From: the human T2T-CHM13v2.0 reference genome, Homo sapiens
DNA length: 64,000 nucleotides
Strand: one strand, 5' to 3'
NCBI RefSeq assembly: GCF_009914755.1
Contig: NC_060926.1
In this document: one piece after another, positions 21,286 through 36,937 of the stretch
Position numbering within the stretch: position 1 is the stretch's first letter
Layout: every line of letters begins with the position of its first letter
Position numbers and translations under genes: made by a program
The notes under the pieces: generated by a model
What the model was told of the DNA's origin: nothing
Database searches by the model: none
Seen by the model: only the letters and a program-made list of their open reading frames with translations

Positions 21286-21722
21286 CTGAACAGTAGCTTT
21301 TAAGAGCCTGTTACATATCTAATGACATGTGGTTGGTTTGTTGTAAAATTACTTGGAAATGGTTATGTGAAAATACTGAAATTTACTTGGCAAATACTAA
21401 AGCTACAAGAATTTTTAAAATGGAAAGGTTATTATGAAAGCTTGAAAGATGCAATGGGAGGAGGTAGAGCATGAAGTGTTAAAAAATTTGTAAGATATAA
21501 TTGTTGGAAAGGAAGAAGAGAAATATATTTTGGGATGAGTATAAATCTACTCATGCATACTTTTAAGAGGCTGGAATAGGTTTATGTTTCTCAAATTCGG
21601 ATATTTGCTTCCCACTGATATGTCAGGAGGTATCAAGGCAATAAGAAGCCACAGAATAAAAACAACATTTTTTTTGCCCAAATAAAATTTTTACATCTAT
21701 TTTTATCAGCTAATGACAGAAT

Positions 21723-22186
21723 ATTTTTATTTATTTAGTAATTTATTCGTTTATTTATTTATTTATTTATTTATTTTACTTTAAGTTCCAGGATACATAT
21801 GCAGAACGTGCAGGTTTGTTACACAGGTATACATGTGCCATGGTGGTTTGCTGCACCTATCAACCCATCATTTAGGTTTTAAGCCCTGCATACGTTAGGT
21901 ATTTGTCCTAATGCTCTCCCTCCCCTTGCCCCTGACCCCACCGACAGGCCCCGGTGTGTGATGTTCCCCTCCCTGTGTCCATGTGTTCTCATTGTTCAAC
22001 TCCCATTTATGAGTGAGAACACGTGGTGTTTGGTTTTCTGTTCCTGTGTTAGTTTGCTGAGAATGATGGCTTCCGGCTTCATCCATGTCCCAGCAAAGGA
22101 CATGGTCTTATTCTTTTTTATGGCTGCATAGTATTCCATGGTATATATGTGCCACATTTTCTTTATCCAGTCTATCATTGATGGGC
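21723..22186 (-). mobile_element. 5'-truncated L1PA (PA7/8-like) 3' end
   Basis: (TTTA)n tail, L1 3'UTR, and ORF2 C-terminus [17 protein letters not shown]. Confidence 0.88.
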
Positions 22187-22229
22187 AAAAAGTGGCATTT
22201 TTAAAGTGTTAGTTTTGTCCAGTGGTATT

Positions 22230-23125
22230 TAATTTTTTTTAAGTCAACATTTTGTTTTGAAATAATTGTAGTTTCACATGTGATAAATAATATAGAGATA
22301 TCACATATACCCTTCACCCAATTTCCCCAAGTGGTAACATCTTGCATAACTGTGGTGATATATCACAACCACAACGTTGATATTGATACAGCCAAGATAC
22401 TGAACATTTACATCACTACAAAGGTGCCTCATGATACCTTATAATAGCTACTTCCACTTCTCTCCTGCCCCACCTTTTACTGAGCTCCTGGCAACCACTA
22501 ATTTGTTCCTTTGTTTCTATAACTTTGTAATTTCAAGAATGTCATATAAATGATAACATATAGTATGCAACCTTATTGTATTGGCCTTTTTTTCACTCAG
22601 CATACTTATCTGGAGATTCATCCAGACTGTTTTATGTATCAGTAGTTTTTCTTTTTTATTGATGTATAGTATTCCAAAGTATGAATGCACCACAGTTTAA
22701 ATATTCACTATTGAAGGACATCTTGGTTGTTTCCCAGTTTTTGGCTTTACCAGTACAGCTGCTGTAAACATTCATATGCAAGTTTTTGTGTGAATATGTC
22801 TTTGTTTCTGTGGGGTAGATGCCCAGGATTGCAATTGCTGGGTCATATGGTAGTTGCATGTTTAGTTTTTTGAAAGACAGGCCACACCTTTTTCCAGGGT
22901 GGTTATATCATTTACATTCCCACCAGCAGTGTGTGAGTAATCCGTCTACTCCATATCCTCACCAGCATTTGATACTGTCACTATTTTTATTCTAGTCATT
23001 CTAATAGGTATGTAGTGGTATCTTATTAAGTTTTTAATGTGTATTTCCCTAATGGTTTTTGATGTTGCACATTTTTTAATATTTCTGTTTCCAGTCTCTT
23101 TCTCCTGTTAAGTGAAATGTCTGTA
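22230..23125 (-). mobile_element. L1MB-like 3' end, host of the L1PA2 insertion (resumes at ~29204-29340)
   Basis: The L1M sequence is continuous across the TSD: gtatcttttgcccattttttaattggattg. Confidence 0.7.
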
Positions 23126-23393
23126 TCTTTTGCCCATTTTCTTTTTTTATTTTTATTTTTATTTATTTATTTTTATTATTATACTTTAAGTTTTAGGGTA
23201 CATGTGCACATTGTGCAGGTTAGTTACATATGTATACATGTGCCATGCTGGTGTGCTGCACCCACTAACTTGTCATCTAGCATTAGGTATATCTCCCAAT
23301 GCTATCCGTCCCCACTCCCCCCACCCCACCACAGTCCCCAGAGTGTGATATTCTCCTTCCTGTGTCCATGTGATCTCATTGTTCAATTCCCAC

Positions 23394-27218
<3,825 letters not shown>

Positions 27219-27269
27219 TTATTTTGCTCATTAGTTGATGCAGTTTCTTCCTAGTCTTGATGGTCTTTA

Positions 27270-28284
27270 CATTTTGGCATGATTTTGCAGCGGCTGGTAC
27301 TGGTTGTTCCTTTCCATGTTTAGTGCTTCCTTCAGGAGCTCTTTTAGGGCAGGCCTAGTGGTGACAAAATCTCTCAGCATTTGCTTGTCTGTAAAGGATT
27401 TTATTTCTCCTTCACTTATGAAGCTTAGTTTCGCTGGATATGAAATTCTGGGTTGAAAATTCTTTTCTTTAAGAATGTTGAATATTGGCCCCCACTCTCT
27501 TCTGGCTTATAGGGTTTCTGCCGAGAGATCCGCTGTTAGTCTGATGGGCTTCCCTTTGTGGGTAATCCGACCTTTCTCTCTGGCTGTCCTTAACATTTTT
27601 TCCTTCATTTCAACTTTGGTGAATCTGACAATTAATGTGTCTTGGAGTTGCTCTTCTCGAGGAGTATCTTTGTGGCGTTCTCTGTATTTCCTGAATCTGA
27701 ATGTTGGCCTGCCTTGCTAGATTGGGGAAGTTCTCCTGGATAATATCCTGCAGAGTGTTTTCCAACTTGGTTCCATTCTCCCCATCACTTTCAGGTACAC
27801 CAATCAGACGTAGATTTGTTCTTTTCACATAGTCCCATATTTCTTGGAGGCTTTGCTCATTTCTTTTTATTCCTTTTTCTCTAAACTTCCCTTCTCGCTT
27901 CATTTCATTCATTTCTTCTTCCATCGCTGATACCCTTTCTTCCAGTTGATGGCATCGGCTCTTGAGGCTTCTGCATTCTTCACATAGTTCTCGAGCCTTG
28001 TTTTTCAGCTCCATCAGCTCCTTTAAGCACTTCTCTGTATTGGTTATTCTAGTTACACATTCTTCTAAATTTTTTTCAAAGTTTTCAACTTCTTTGCCTT
28101 TGGTTTGAATGTCCTCCCGTAGCTCAGAGTAATTTGATCGTCTGAAGCCTTCTTCTCTCAGCTCGTCAAAGTCATTCTCCATCCAGCTTTGTTCCATTGC
28201 TGGTGAGGAACTGTGTTCCTTTGGAGGAGGAGAGGTGCTCTGCTTTTTAGAGTTTCCAGTTTTTCTGCTCTGTTTTTTCCCCAT
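27270..28284 (-). pseudogene. Disrupted L1 ORF1
   Basis: MGKKQSRKTGNSKKQ... runs 224 aa with a +1 frameshift (cattaattgtc); there is also a downstream CAA>TAA. Confidence 0.92.
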
Positions 28285-29188
28285 CTTTGTGGTTTTATCT
28301 ACTTTTGGTCTTTGATGATGGTGATGTACAGATGGGTTTTTGGTGTGGATGTCCTTTCTATTTGTTAATTTTCCTTCTAACAGACAGGACCCTCCGCTGC
28401 AGGTCTGTTGGAATACCCTGCCGTGTGAGGTGTCAGTGTGCCCCTGCTGGGAGGTGCCTCCCTGTTAGGCTGCTCAGGGGTCAGGGGTCAGGGACCCACT
28501 TGAGGAGGCAGTCTGCCCGTTCTCAGATCTCCAGCTGTGTGCTGGGAGAACCACTGCTCTCTTCAAAGCTGTCAGACAGGGACATTTAAGTCTGCAGAGG
28601 TTAGTGCTGCTTTTTGTTTGTCTGTGCCCTTCCTCCAGAGATGGAGCCTACAGAGGCAGGCAGGCCTCCTTGAGCTGTGGTGGGCTCCACCCAGTTCGAG
28701 CTTCCAGGCTGCTTTGTTTACCTAAGCAAGCCTGGGCAATGGCGGGCGCCCCTCCCCCAGCCTCGCTGCCACCTTGCAGTTTGATCTCAGACTGCTGTGC
28801 TAGCAATCAGCGAGACTCCGTGGGCCTAGGACGCTCGGAGCCAGGTGCGGGGTATAATCTCGTGGTGCGCCGTTTTTTAAGCCGGTTGGAAAAGCGCAGT
28901 ATTCGGGTGGGAATGACCCGATTCTCCAGGTGCGTCCGTCACCCCTTTCTTTGACTAGGAAAGGGAACTCCCTGACCCCTTGCGCTTCCCAAGTGAGGCA
29001 ATGCCTTGCCCTGCTTCGTCTCGCACACGGTGCGCGCACCCACTGACCTGCGCCCACTGTCTGGCACTCCCTAGTTAGATGAACCCAGTACCTCAGATGG
29101 AAGTGCAGAAATCACCGTCTTCTGCGTGGCTCACGCTGGGAGCTGTAGACCGGAGCTGTTCCTATTCGGCCATCTTGGCTCCTGTCCC
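28285..29188. promoter_or_regulatory. L1PA2 5'UTR: CpG-rich bidirectional promoter with a YY1 site; the antisense promoter faces ALMS1 exon 10
   Basis: Intact YY1 motif CAAGATGGCC (reverse complement at ~29168-29177) and many retained CpGs. Sense and antisense promoter activity is established for this family. Confidence 0.65.
28739..28954 (+). CDS. L1 ORF0 (71 aa, antisense ORF of the L1 5'UTR), intact
   Basis: gcaATGg start context; MAGAPPPASLPPCSLISDCCASNQRDSVG...FSRCVRHPFL*. Splice donors CAG|gtgcgg after 28844 and CAG|gtgcgt after 28929. Expression is not demonstrated. Confidence 0.7.
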   Translation: MAGAPPPASLPPCSLISDCCASNQRDSVGLGRSEPGAGYNLVVRRFLSRLEKRSIRVGMTRFSRCVRHPFL

Positions 29189-29855
29189 TCTTTTGCCCAT
29201 TTTTTAATTGGATTGTCTTTTTTTTCCCTTTTTACTGTTGTGAATTGTATATATATGTTAGTATATATGTTAGATGTAAGGCTAGCAGATACAAGACCTT
29301 TGTTGGATATGAGGTTTGCAAATATTTTCTTGTAACCTGTAGCTGGGAGAGAGAGGGGCATTTTGTTTTGCTGGATAGTCTAGGTAGGCTTCGCTAGACT
29401 TTCACTGACGCCGCAAGGAAGGGATAGCACTTTATCAGCCAGCAGAGATGAAAGTAAGTCCTGGGTTCCTCACTTGGCCTTTGCTGGTGTTGGTGTGAGT
29501 GGGTCTAGTTTTTTCTGTGATGGTTGGCTGGAGTAGAATGGTTATTATTTAAAAGTTCTCTCTTTTGCTAGGCTTCACCTCTACTGGGTTTTTAGCTAGT
29601 GAGAAAAGCTCTTGTTAGGGTTTTTTGTCTGTGTCCATTGTTCCTGGGTAGCTGACTTCTTCAGCTCCAAGTCTGTATATGCAAGAGAAAAAGAAAACCC
29701 AGTGATTGCACCACAGCATAATTCCTCAGGTCCCTAGATCTCTAGCTAATCTACGTTCTTCTCTACATCTTTCAGATTCTTCTTACATTTGTTTTATATA
29801 TATTTTCCAGTGGGCTGAATTATAGTTAGCAGGAGAAATAGGGAAAAGTACATCT

Positions 29856-30160
29856 GGCCAGGCGCAGTGGCTCATGCCTGTAATCCCAGCACTTTGGGGA
29901 GGCTGAGGCAGGAGGATCCCTTGAATCCAGGAGTTGGAGACCAGCCTGGGCAACAAAGTGAGACCCAGTCTCTACAAAAATAAAAATAAGAAAATTAGCC
30001 CGGTGTAGTGGCATGTGCCTGTTGTCCCAGCTATCCAGGAGGCTGAGGTGGCAGGATCGCCTGAGCCTGGGAGGTCGTGGCTTCAGTGATAGTGCCACAG
30101 CATTCCAGCCTGGGTGACACAGCAAGACCCTGTCTTAAACAAAGAAGAAGAGAAAAGAAA
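29856..30160 (+). mobile_element. AluJ element
   Basis: GGCCAGGCGCAGTGGCTCA start, J-type gaggatcccttga and degenerate A tail; left TSD gaaaagtacatct at 29843-29855. Confidence 0.9.
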
Positions 30161-30166
30161 GAAAAA

Positions 30167-31778
30167 TGTCACAGGATCCTCAGGGTGTCAGTTTGCAAGC
30201 TGGAAACCACTGTGGCCAGCAGCACCTTCTGCCTGAGTATTGTTCACACTGCTGGGCACATTCTCCGCACTTGGCCTGGCAGGCTGTGCTTGGCTCGCAC
30301 TACTATGCTATGTCTTACACCTGCCAAGCATGAGCCAGGTGTGGAGTGGTGAGGGGTGTGTGGGCAAGCAAGTGTGGGGTCTAGCCACTGTACACAGCCA
30401 GGCATGCTGACGGCTGTGGTAGGGCAGGCAGCTCCAGTGCTGGCACTGGTGCTGGCGCCACGCAAGGCTGCAGCTGGACCAGATGTACTGTGCGTGGCTT
30501 CTGCTGTGGGCACCCACATCTGGGTGAGGGAAATGTGGTGGTGGCAACTGGAAGCTTGGAAGACACCAGGAACCACAAAACCCCAAAGAGGGTGTCATAG
30601 TCCTGGCTCGGGGACCCCCTAGGTCTGGGCTTCCCGAAAGGCCACAGCTTGTCTCTTCTTCTTGTTCCCTGCAACATGGCAGGCGGGGAGGGGGCATGTT
30701 TCAGCCCTGTTTGTGTTACAGCTCTTTTAGTCCCACCATTTGGTGGATCCTGAGCTCTTGTCCTGCATCCATGAAGAATGAGGTATGTGGACAACTGGAG
30801 GGTGAGCAAGATGGAGAGGAGTTTCATCGAGTGGCAGAACAGTTTTCAGGAGACCCAAAGTGGGTAGCTCCTTTCTGCAGGCAGGTCATCCTGACGACTG
30901 TCCATCTGTCAGTGGAGAGGAGAACCTAGAGTGGGTAGCTCCTACCTGCATGCAGGTCATCCCATAATCTGCATCTTTCAGCAGAGAAGAGACCCGGAGT
31001 GGCTAGCTCCTATCTGCAGGCAGGTCATTCCATTGTCTCTCCAAGTCTGGCTGAGTCCAGGGTTTTTATGGGCTTCAAAGGGGAGGAGATGCATGCCAAT
31101 TGGTCCATGGGCAGGCCCGGAAAAAGCACTATAAGTTCTCCTTTCTGCGAAACTGGCAGCCCTTCAACCCATCCCTGGCTTAAAGGTGGAGCTTCACTGG
31201 TGACCTGCCCCTTTCTGCCCAGGAGCCTGTCTGCCATCTCTGCCATCTACGGTACCCATGGCACACCCAGGCTGTTTATGTCAGGGGGCGCCTGCAGGCC
31301 CACTCTGAGCTGCCCTCAGCCCTCCCTGCCCCTGCAACCTCCCTCCTGTGCTTGTGGGTGCCCAGTGTCTGGAGGGGCGGCAGGGGGCTGGTGTGACAGT
31401 GCTGTCCCAAGTGTGCGCACACCTGGCTGGGTCGCAACAGTGCCTGGACTTGGCCTCAACTTTGCTGTGTAATTGGAGCGGGAACCAGGAGTGGGGAGAG
31501 GCCTGGCAGTGGGAGCAGGCACTTCTGAGCCTGCAGGGGCAGGGGGAGTTCCCAGATCCCCGAAAGTGCAGTGGTGCCTGGGTCTACAGCTGTGACTGGG
31601 CAGCTGCAGCTGTGCCCAGGAGGGTGGGGTTCCTGCCCCTCCAACTCAGAAGGGAGTGGGGCTTCTGCCTGTTCCTGGCTCCCACCACCTCAGTACAGCG
31701 AGTAGCCCTAGCTGTTCCTTCCCCACTGCAGCTGGCATCATTGCAGCAGCCACTCCAGATGGGATGCCGCTGCCATCA
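30167..31778 (-). mobile_element. ERV1 solo LTR, MER52A-like
   Basis: TG...CA ends and a 4-bp AAAA TSD. The reverse complement begins tgatggcagcggcatcccatctggagtggctgctgc as in MER52. GC-rich, with three internal gtgggtagctcct..gcaggtcat repeats. Confidence 0.82.
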
Positions 31779-32002
31779 AAAATATATCTACTCCATCACC
31801 TGGGGAGATGCAGCATAATTTAAAATATTTTTATCTGAAATCAGATGTTGCTATATCATCAAATAGAATGCCAAGTTATAATGACTGTATAGGTAAAATA
31901 CAGAAATCTCAAAGAAATGTTATATTTATGGTAGCTTTGAGTACTGATCCTATGCGCCAGGAAACAAGGTCTTGGTTTTTTCCCCCCATTGTTAGGGGTA
32001 AA

Positions 32003-32478
32003 ATATTAGGATGTAGGTCAAGCTTCTGTAATAGCCAAACATAGAGTGGCTCAAATAAGATAGAATTTTATTTTTTCACGTCATTGTTCATGTTAGGAAA
32101 GTGAGCTCTGTTCCTTGATGTCATCCAGGGACCCAAGCTGGCTGGACAACTAAGCTGTCTTACACATGACTTCCAAGGTTGTTCCATGCATTACCATTTT
32201 CAGGAGGCAAGAAAAATAGTGATGATAGTGGTGGTGATATTGGGGGAACATGCAGGTCAAGAACTTGATTTTAAGGACAGGAAGCAGAAGTTGTACTTGA
32301 TGCCTTCATTCATATCCCATTGGTGTCAGTCTAGTAATGTGGTTACAACTAGCTGCAGAAGAAACAGGAAATGTCTCCCACTTGGTGGCTATGTGGCCAG
32401 CAAAAATTTGAGTAAGGCATTTCTATTATTAAAAGAAAGGTGAGAATACTTACTGGTGGACAATAGTAATCTTTGCTG
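32003..32478 (-). mobile_element. Old MaLR LTR (MLT1J/L-like)
   Basis: agtggctcaaataagatagaattttatt...tggttacaactagctgcag motifs. Confidence 0.5.
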
Positions 32479-32722
32479 TTTACTTTAGTGGAAATTTTTT
32501 AGAAGAACTCTCTGAGTGGTCTTAATCATTGTGAGCCATTTTATTCTGTAGTTAACTGTCTTTTTTGCTTGCTGTGCTCTTTGTCCTGTTATATTATAAA
32601 AGAATGACATGACCTTCATGGTCTAATCTTAGCGTGGGTATAAAACTGATTTGTATAAAACTGATTTGTTTATAACTACTTGGACTACTTCAAATAAGAA
32701 CCTGTTTGTTTGTATCTTCTAG

Positions 32723-34587
32723 GGTTTACAGAGTCCACGGGGAATGGGATGCAAGCCAGAAGCTGTATGTAGTCACATTATTATTGAGAGCCATGAAAAG
32801 GGATGTTTCCGGACTCTAACTTCTGAACATCCACAACTAGATAGACACCCTTGTGCTTTCAGATCTGCTGGACCCTCAGAAATGACCAGAGGACGGCAGA
32901 ACCCATCATCATGCAGAGCCAAGCATGTCAACCTTTCTGCATCCTTAGACCAGAACAACTCCCATTTCAAAGTTTGGAATTCCTTGCAGTTAAAAAGTCA
33001 TTCCCCATTTCAGAACTTTATACCTGATGAATTCAAAATCAGCAAAGGTCTTCGAATGCCATTCGATGAAAAGATGGACCCTTGGCTGTCAGAATTAGTA
33101 GAACCTGCTTTTGTGCCACCTAAAGAAGTGGATTTTCATTCTTCATCACAAATGCCGTCCCCAGAACCCATGAAAAAGTTTACTACCTCCATCACTTTTT
33201 CATCTCACCGACATTCTAAATGCATTTCCAATTCCTCTGTTGTTAAGGTTGGTGTTACTGAAGGTAGCCAGTGTACTGGAGCATCTGTGGGGGTATTTAA
33301 TTCTCATTTCACTGAAGAACAAAATCCTCCCAGAGATCTTAAACAGAAAACCTCTTCCCCTTCATCATTTAAAATGCATAGTAATTCACAAGATAAAGAA
33401 GTGACTATTTTAGCAGAAGGTAGAAGGCAAAGCCAAAAATTACCTGTTGATTTTGAGCGTTCTTTTCAAGAAGAAAAACCCTTAGAAAGATCAGATTTTA
33501 CAGGCAGTCATTCTGAGCCCAGTACCAGGGCAAATTGTAGCAATTTCAAGGAAATTCAGATTTCTGATAACCATACCCTTATTAGCATGGGCAGACCAAG
33601 TTCCACCCTAGGAGTAAACAGATCGAGTTCCAGACTAGGAGTAAAAGAGAAGAATGTAACTATAACTCCAGATCTTCCTTCTTGCATTTTTCTTGAACAA
33701 CGAGAGCTCTTTGAACAAAGCAAAGCCCCACGTGCAGATGACCATGTGAGGAAACACCATTCTCCCTCTCCTCAACATCAGGATTATGTAGCTCCAGACC
33801 TTCCTTCTTGCATTTTTCTTGAACAACGAGAACTCTTTGAACAGTGCAAAGCCCCATATGTAGATCATCAAATGAGAGAAAACCATTCTCCCCTTCCTCA
33901 AGGTCAGGATTCTATAGCTTCAGACCTTCCGTCTCCCATTTCTCTTGAACAATGCCAAAGCAAAGCGCCAGGTGTAGATGACCAAATGAATAAACACCAT
34001 TTTCCCCTTCCTCAAGGTCAGGATTGTGTAGTGGAAAAGAATAATCAACATAAGCCTAAATCACACATTTCTAATATAAATGTTGAAGCCAAGTTCAATA
34101 CTGTGGTCTCCCAGTCAGCCCCAAATCACTGTACATTAGCAGCATCTGCATCTACTCCTCCTTCAAATAGAAAAGCACTTTCTTGTGTTCATATAACTCT
34201 TTGTCCCAAGACTTCTTCCAAGTTGGATAGTGGAACTTTAGATGAAAGATTCCATTCATTGGATGCTGCTTCTAAAGCGAGGATGAATAGTGAGTTTAAC
34301 TTTGACTTACATACTGTATCTTCGAGATCACTGGAACCAACCTCCAAATTATTGACCAGTAAACCTGTAGCACAGGATCAAGAATCTTTAGGTTTTCTAG
34401 GACCTAAATCTTCACTGGATTTCCAAGTCGTACAGCCTTCTCTTCCAGACAGTAACACTATTACTCAGGACTTGAAAACCATACCTTCTCAGAATAGCCA
34501 GATAGTAACCTCCAGGCAAATACAAGTGAACATTTCAGATTTCGAAGGACATTCCAATCCAGAGGGGACCCCAGTATTTGCAGATCG
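32723..34587 (+). CDS. ALMS1: ALMS1 coding exon 10 (1865 bp; starts in phase 0, ends in phase 2)
   Basis: The 615-aa ORF 32744-34591 matches the recalled ALMS1 protein (GLQSPRGMGCKPEAVCSHIIIESHEK...GTPVFADR). Acceptor tgtatcttctAG ends at 32722; donor CG|gtgagt starts at 34588. Confidence 0.96.
33665..34030 (+). repeat. ALMS1: Coding tandem repeat in ALMS1 exon 10 (units of 126, 126 and 114 bp)
   Basis: Units start at 33665, 33791 and 33917; pattern xxDLPSxIxLEQ...KAP.....HxPxPQxQDx. Confidence 0.93.
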
Positions 34588-35384
34588 GTGAGTCTCATTG
34601 TGATAACAAGCAAGCTGGATGGACTTTGTAATAAAGGGTTTCAAATACTTAAGTAGATATCGGTTCTTGGGGGAAAGGCCGTGTGATTTCTCTGAGTGGA
34701 GGTTGTGTCTGGCTAATTACTAGAAGTCTTTCAAGGAATAAATGTGTTAAGTAAGAGAGAACATGTGACAGTAATGCATTTATATTTCAGAGGGCTTTTG
34801 GCAAGACTTGACATCAAGTGTTTTTAAAAATTGAATGACCTTGAAAAGAATCTTTGATCATCCAATGATACAATTACGAATTTATTTACTGTGTTGGACA
34901 TATGCTGAAGATCTCCTTTGGAGGTTGCACACACATACATGGGTGCTTGGTCACTCTCTCTCCCGCTCTCCCTCTCTCTCTCTCTTCTCCAGCTCTCTGG
35001 TTCCATTTCATGACTTCCCTCAAATATTTAGTATTTACAAAGAAAGTGGCTTTACAGTGGAAAATCCTGGCAGATACCAGTTTAGTCAAATGATGAAGAT
35101 TAGCATCGCCAGTAAAACATCTGTCAACATAATGTGCTCCCTGATATGATGCCCCACCTCATAGAGTATTGTAGGAAAGGAAACCCAATTCAGGGATAAG
35201 TTCGTTAGATTTATATTATTCAGCCCAATTTTAGCACATTGCCATTAATTCAGTTTTACTTAATGAGCCTCTTATGATATGGTGAAGCAGAACTACCTGT
35301 ATGTTTAGTATTTTACCTTATAGTTGAAGAGGCATCGTACCACAGTGGAGAGCGCTAGGCTTGGAAAGGAGGAAGAAAGAAATG

Positions 35385-35600
35385 TTTATTCATAATCTAC
35401 ATGTGGTAGTAGTCATGGCAATAAGGAACTTAGATATGCTATCCTACTTAGTTCTCATCATGATCCTATGAAGCAGGTGATGATATCTCTATTTTCCTAC
35501 TGGGAAATCTTTTGTGCCAAAAGATGTTGTTTGTGGGCAAGAGAAAGAGCATTCAAATGCATTCTGTTTAATCAGAGTAAGGATTTGTTCCTCTACACAG
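35385..35600. mobile_element. MIR relic
   Basis: tctcatcatgatcctatgaagcaggtgatgatatctctattttc resembles the MIR core. Confidence 0.55.
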
Positions 35601-35839
35601 TACTCTGTCCTAGAATTTGAACCCTAATTCCAACACTTCCAACCATGATGCTGGACAACTGATTTAATATCCTTGGCACTCATATGTAGAAGGAAAGGGT
35701 TGGAATGCTGAAAAGTCCCTTATAGCTCTAAAAGTTAGGGATTGAGATAATAGATTGGGGCAAAAAAACAAGGTCAATCTCTGATTTCAATGTTAAAAAT
35801 AGTAGAGTGCCATAGAGATCAGTAATGATACCTTTAAAA

Positions 35840-36045
35840 TTTTTTTCTTTGAGACAGAGTCTCGCTCTGTCACCCAGGCCAGAGTACAGTGATGTGATCT
35901 TGGTTCACTGAAACCTCCGCCCCCTGGGTTCCCGTCCCGCCTCAGCCACCTGAATAGCTGGGACCACAGGCGTGCACCACCATGCCTGGCTAATTTTTGT
36001 ATTTTTAGTAGAGACGAGGTTTTGCCATGTTGGCAAGGCTGGTCA
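35840..36045 (-). mobile_element. Truncated AluS
   Basis: gagacagagtctcgctctgtc...ggcaaggctggtc: right arm plus part of the left arm. Confidence 0.88.
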
Positions 36046-36279
36046 GTATTGATACTTAAAAAAAAAAAAAAAAGTTTAGAAATTAAAACATTGACAATTT
36101 CATATACAATTTTTAAACTCTTCAAAGGTTAAATGCTAAGGTATTGTACTGAATACCTTAAAAATGAGATAAAGCTATGAATGAGAAGAAAGTAATAGAT
36201 GATTATATATATGAACTAACAATAATGCCATTTGTTCAGGGTGTACGTTTGTAGTGGATGCTTATATTATACTTAGTGT

Positions 36280-36420
36280 AATAATCAGAAATAGATATTA
36301 TTACCTCAGTTGTGGATTTAAAAAACCTGAGACTTAGAGAAAATATTTTGCCCAAGATCACATGGCCATTGAGCATTGGAGGTGGCATTTGAACCTAGGT
36401 TTATCAAACTCCACAGTCCA
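36280..36420. mobile_element. MIR relic
   Basis: aaacctgagacttagaga...ttgcccaagatcacatggcc...atttgaacctagg. Confidence 0.65.
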
Positions 36421-36433
36421 TAAATAAGGCAAA

Positions 36434-36435
<2 letters not shown>

Positions 36436-36466
<31 letters not shown>
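36436..36466. repeat. (CA)n microsatellite
   Basis: Read directly from the sequence. Confidence 0.95.
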
Positions 36467-36468
<2 letters not shown>

Positions 36469-36513
36469 TGCATAAAACATATATATATAAGTAAATATAT
36501 ATATAATACCTTA

Positions 36514-36884
<371 letters not shown>

Positions 36885-36937
36885 TCATTTTGAGATAATT
36901 TTAGACTTAGGAGTTGCAGAAATAGCACAGAGAGTTT

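Noticed and set aside
9745-23125. Segment already inverted in this haplotype
   Set aside because: Both L1s have matching TSDs and their host sequences read continuously across them.
30077-31818. Cluster of overlapping 60-157 aa ORFs as a novel gene
   Set aside because: They lie in or overlap a GC-rich solo LTR where stops are rare, occur on both strands, and resemble no protein I recognise.
32723-34587. Pathogenic truncating variant in ALMS1
   Set aside because: Both exons are fully open with canonical splice sites, and I noticed no difference from the recalled protein.
32744-34591. Stand-alone single-exon 615-aa gene
   Set aside because: It is bounded by splice sites, the stop lies inside the donor (gTGAgt), and the frame continues in the exon at 62864.
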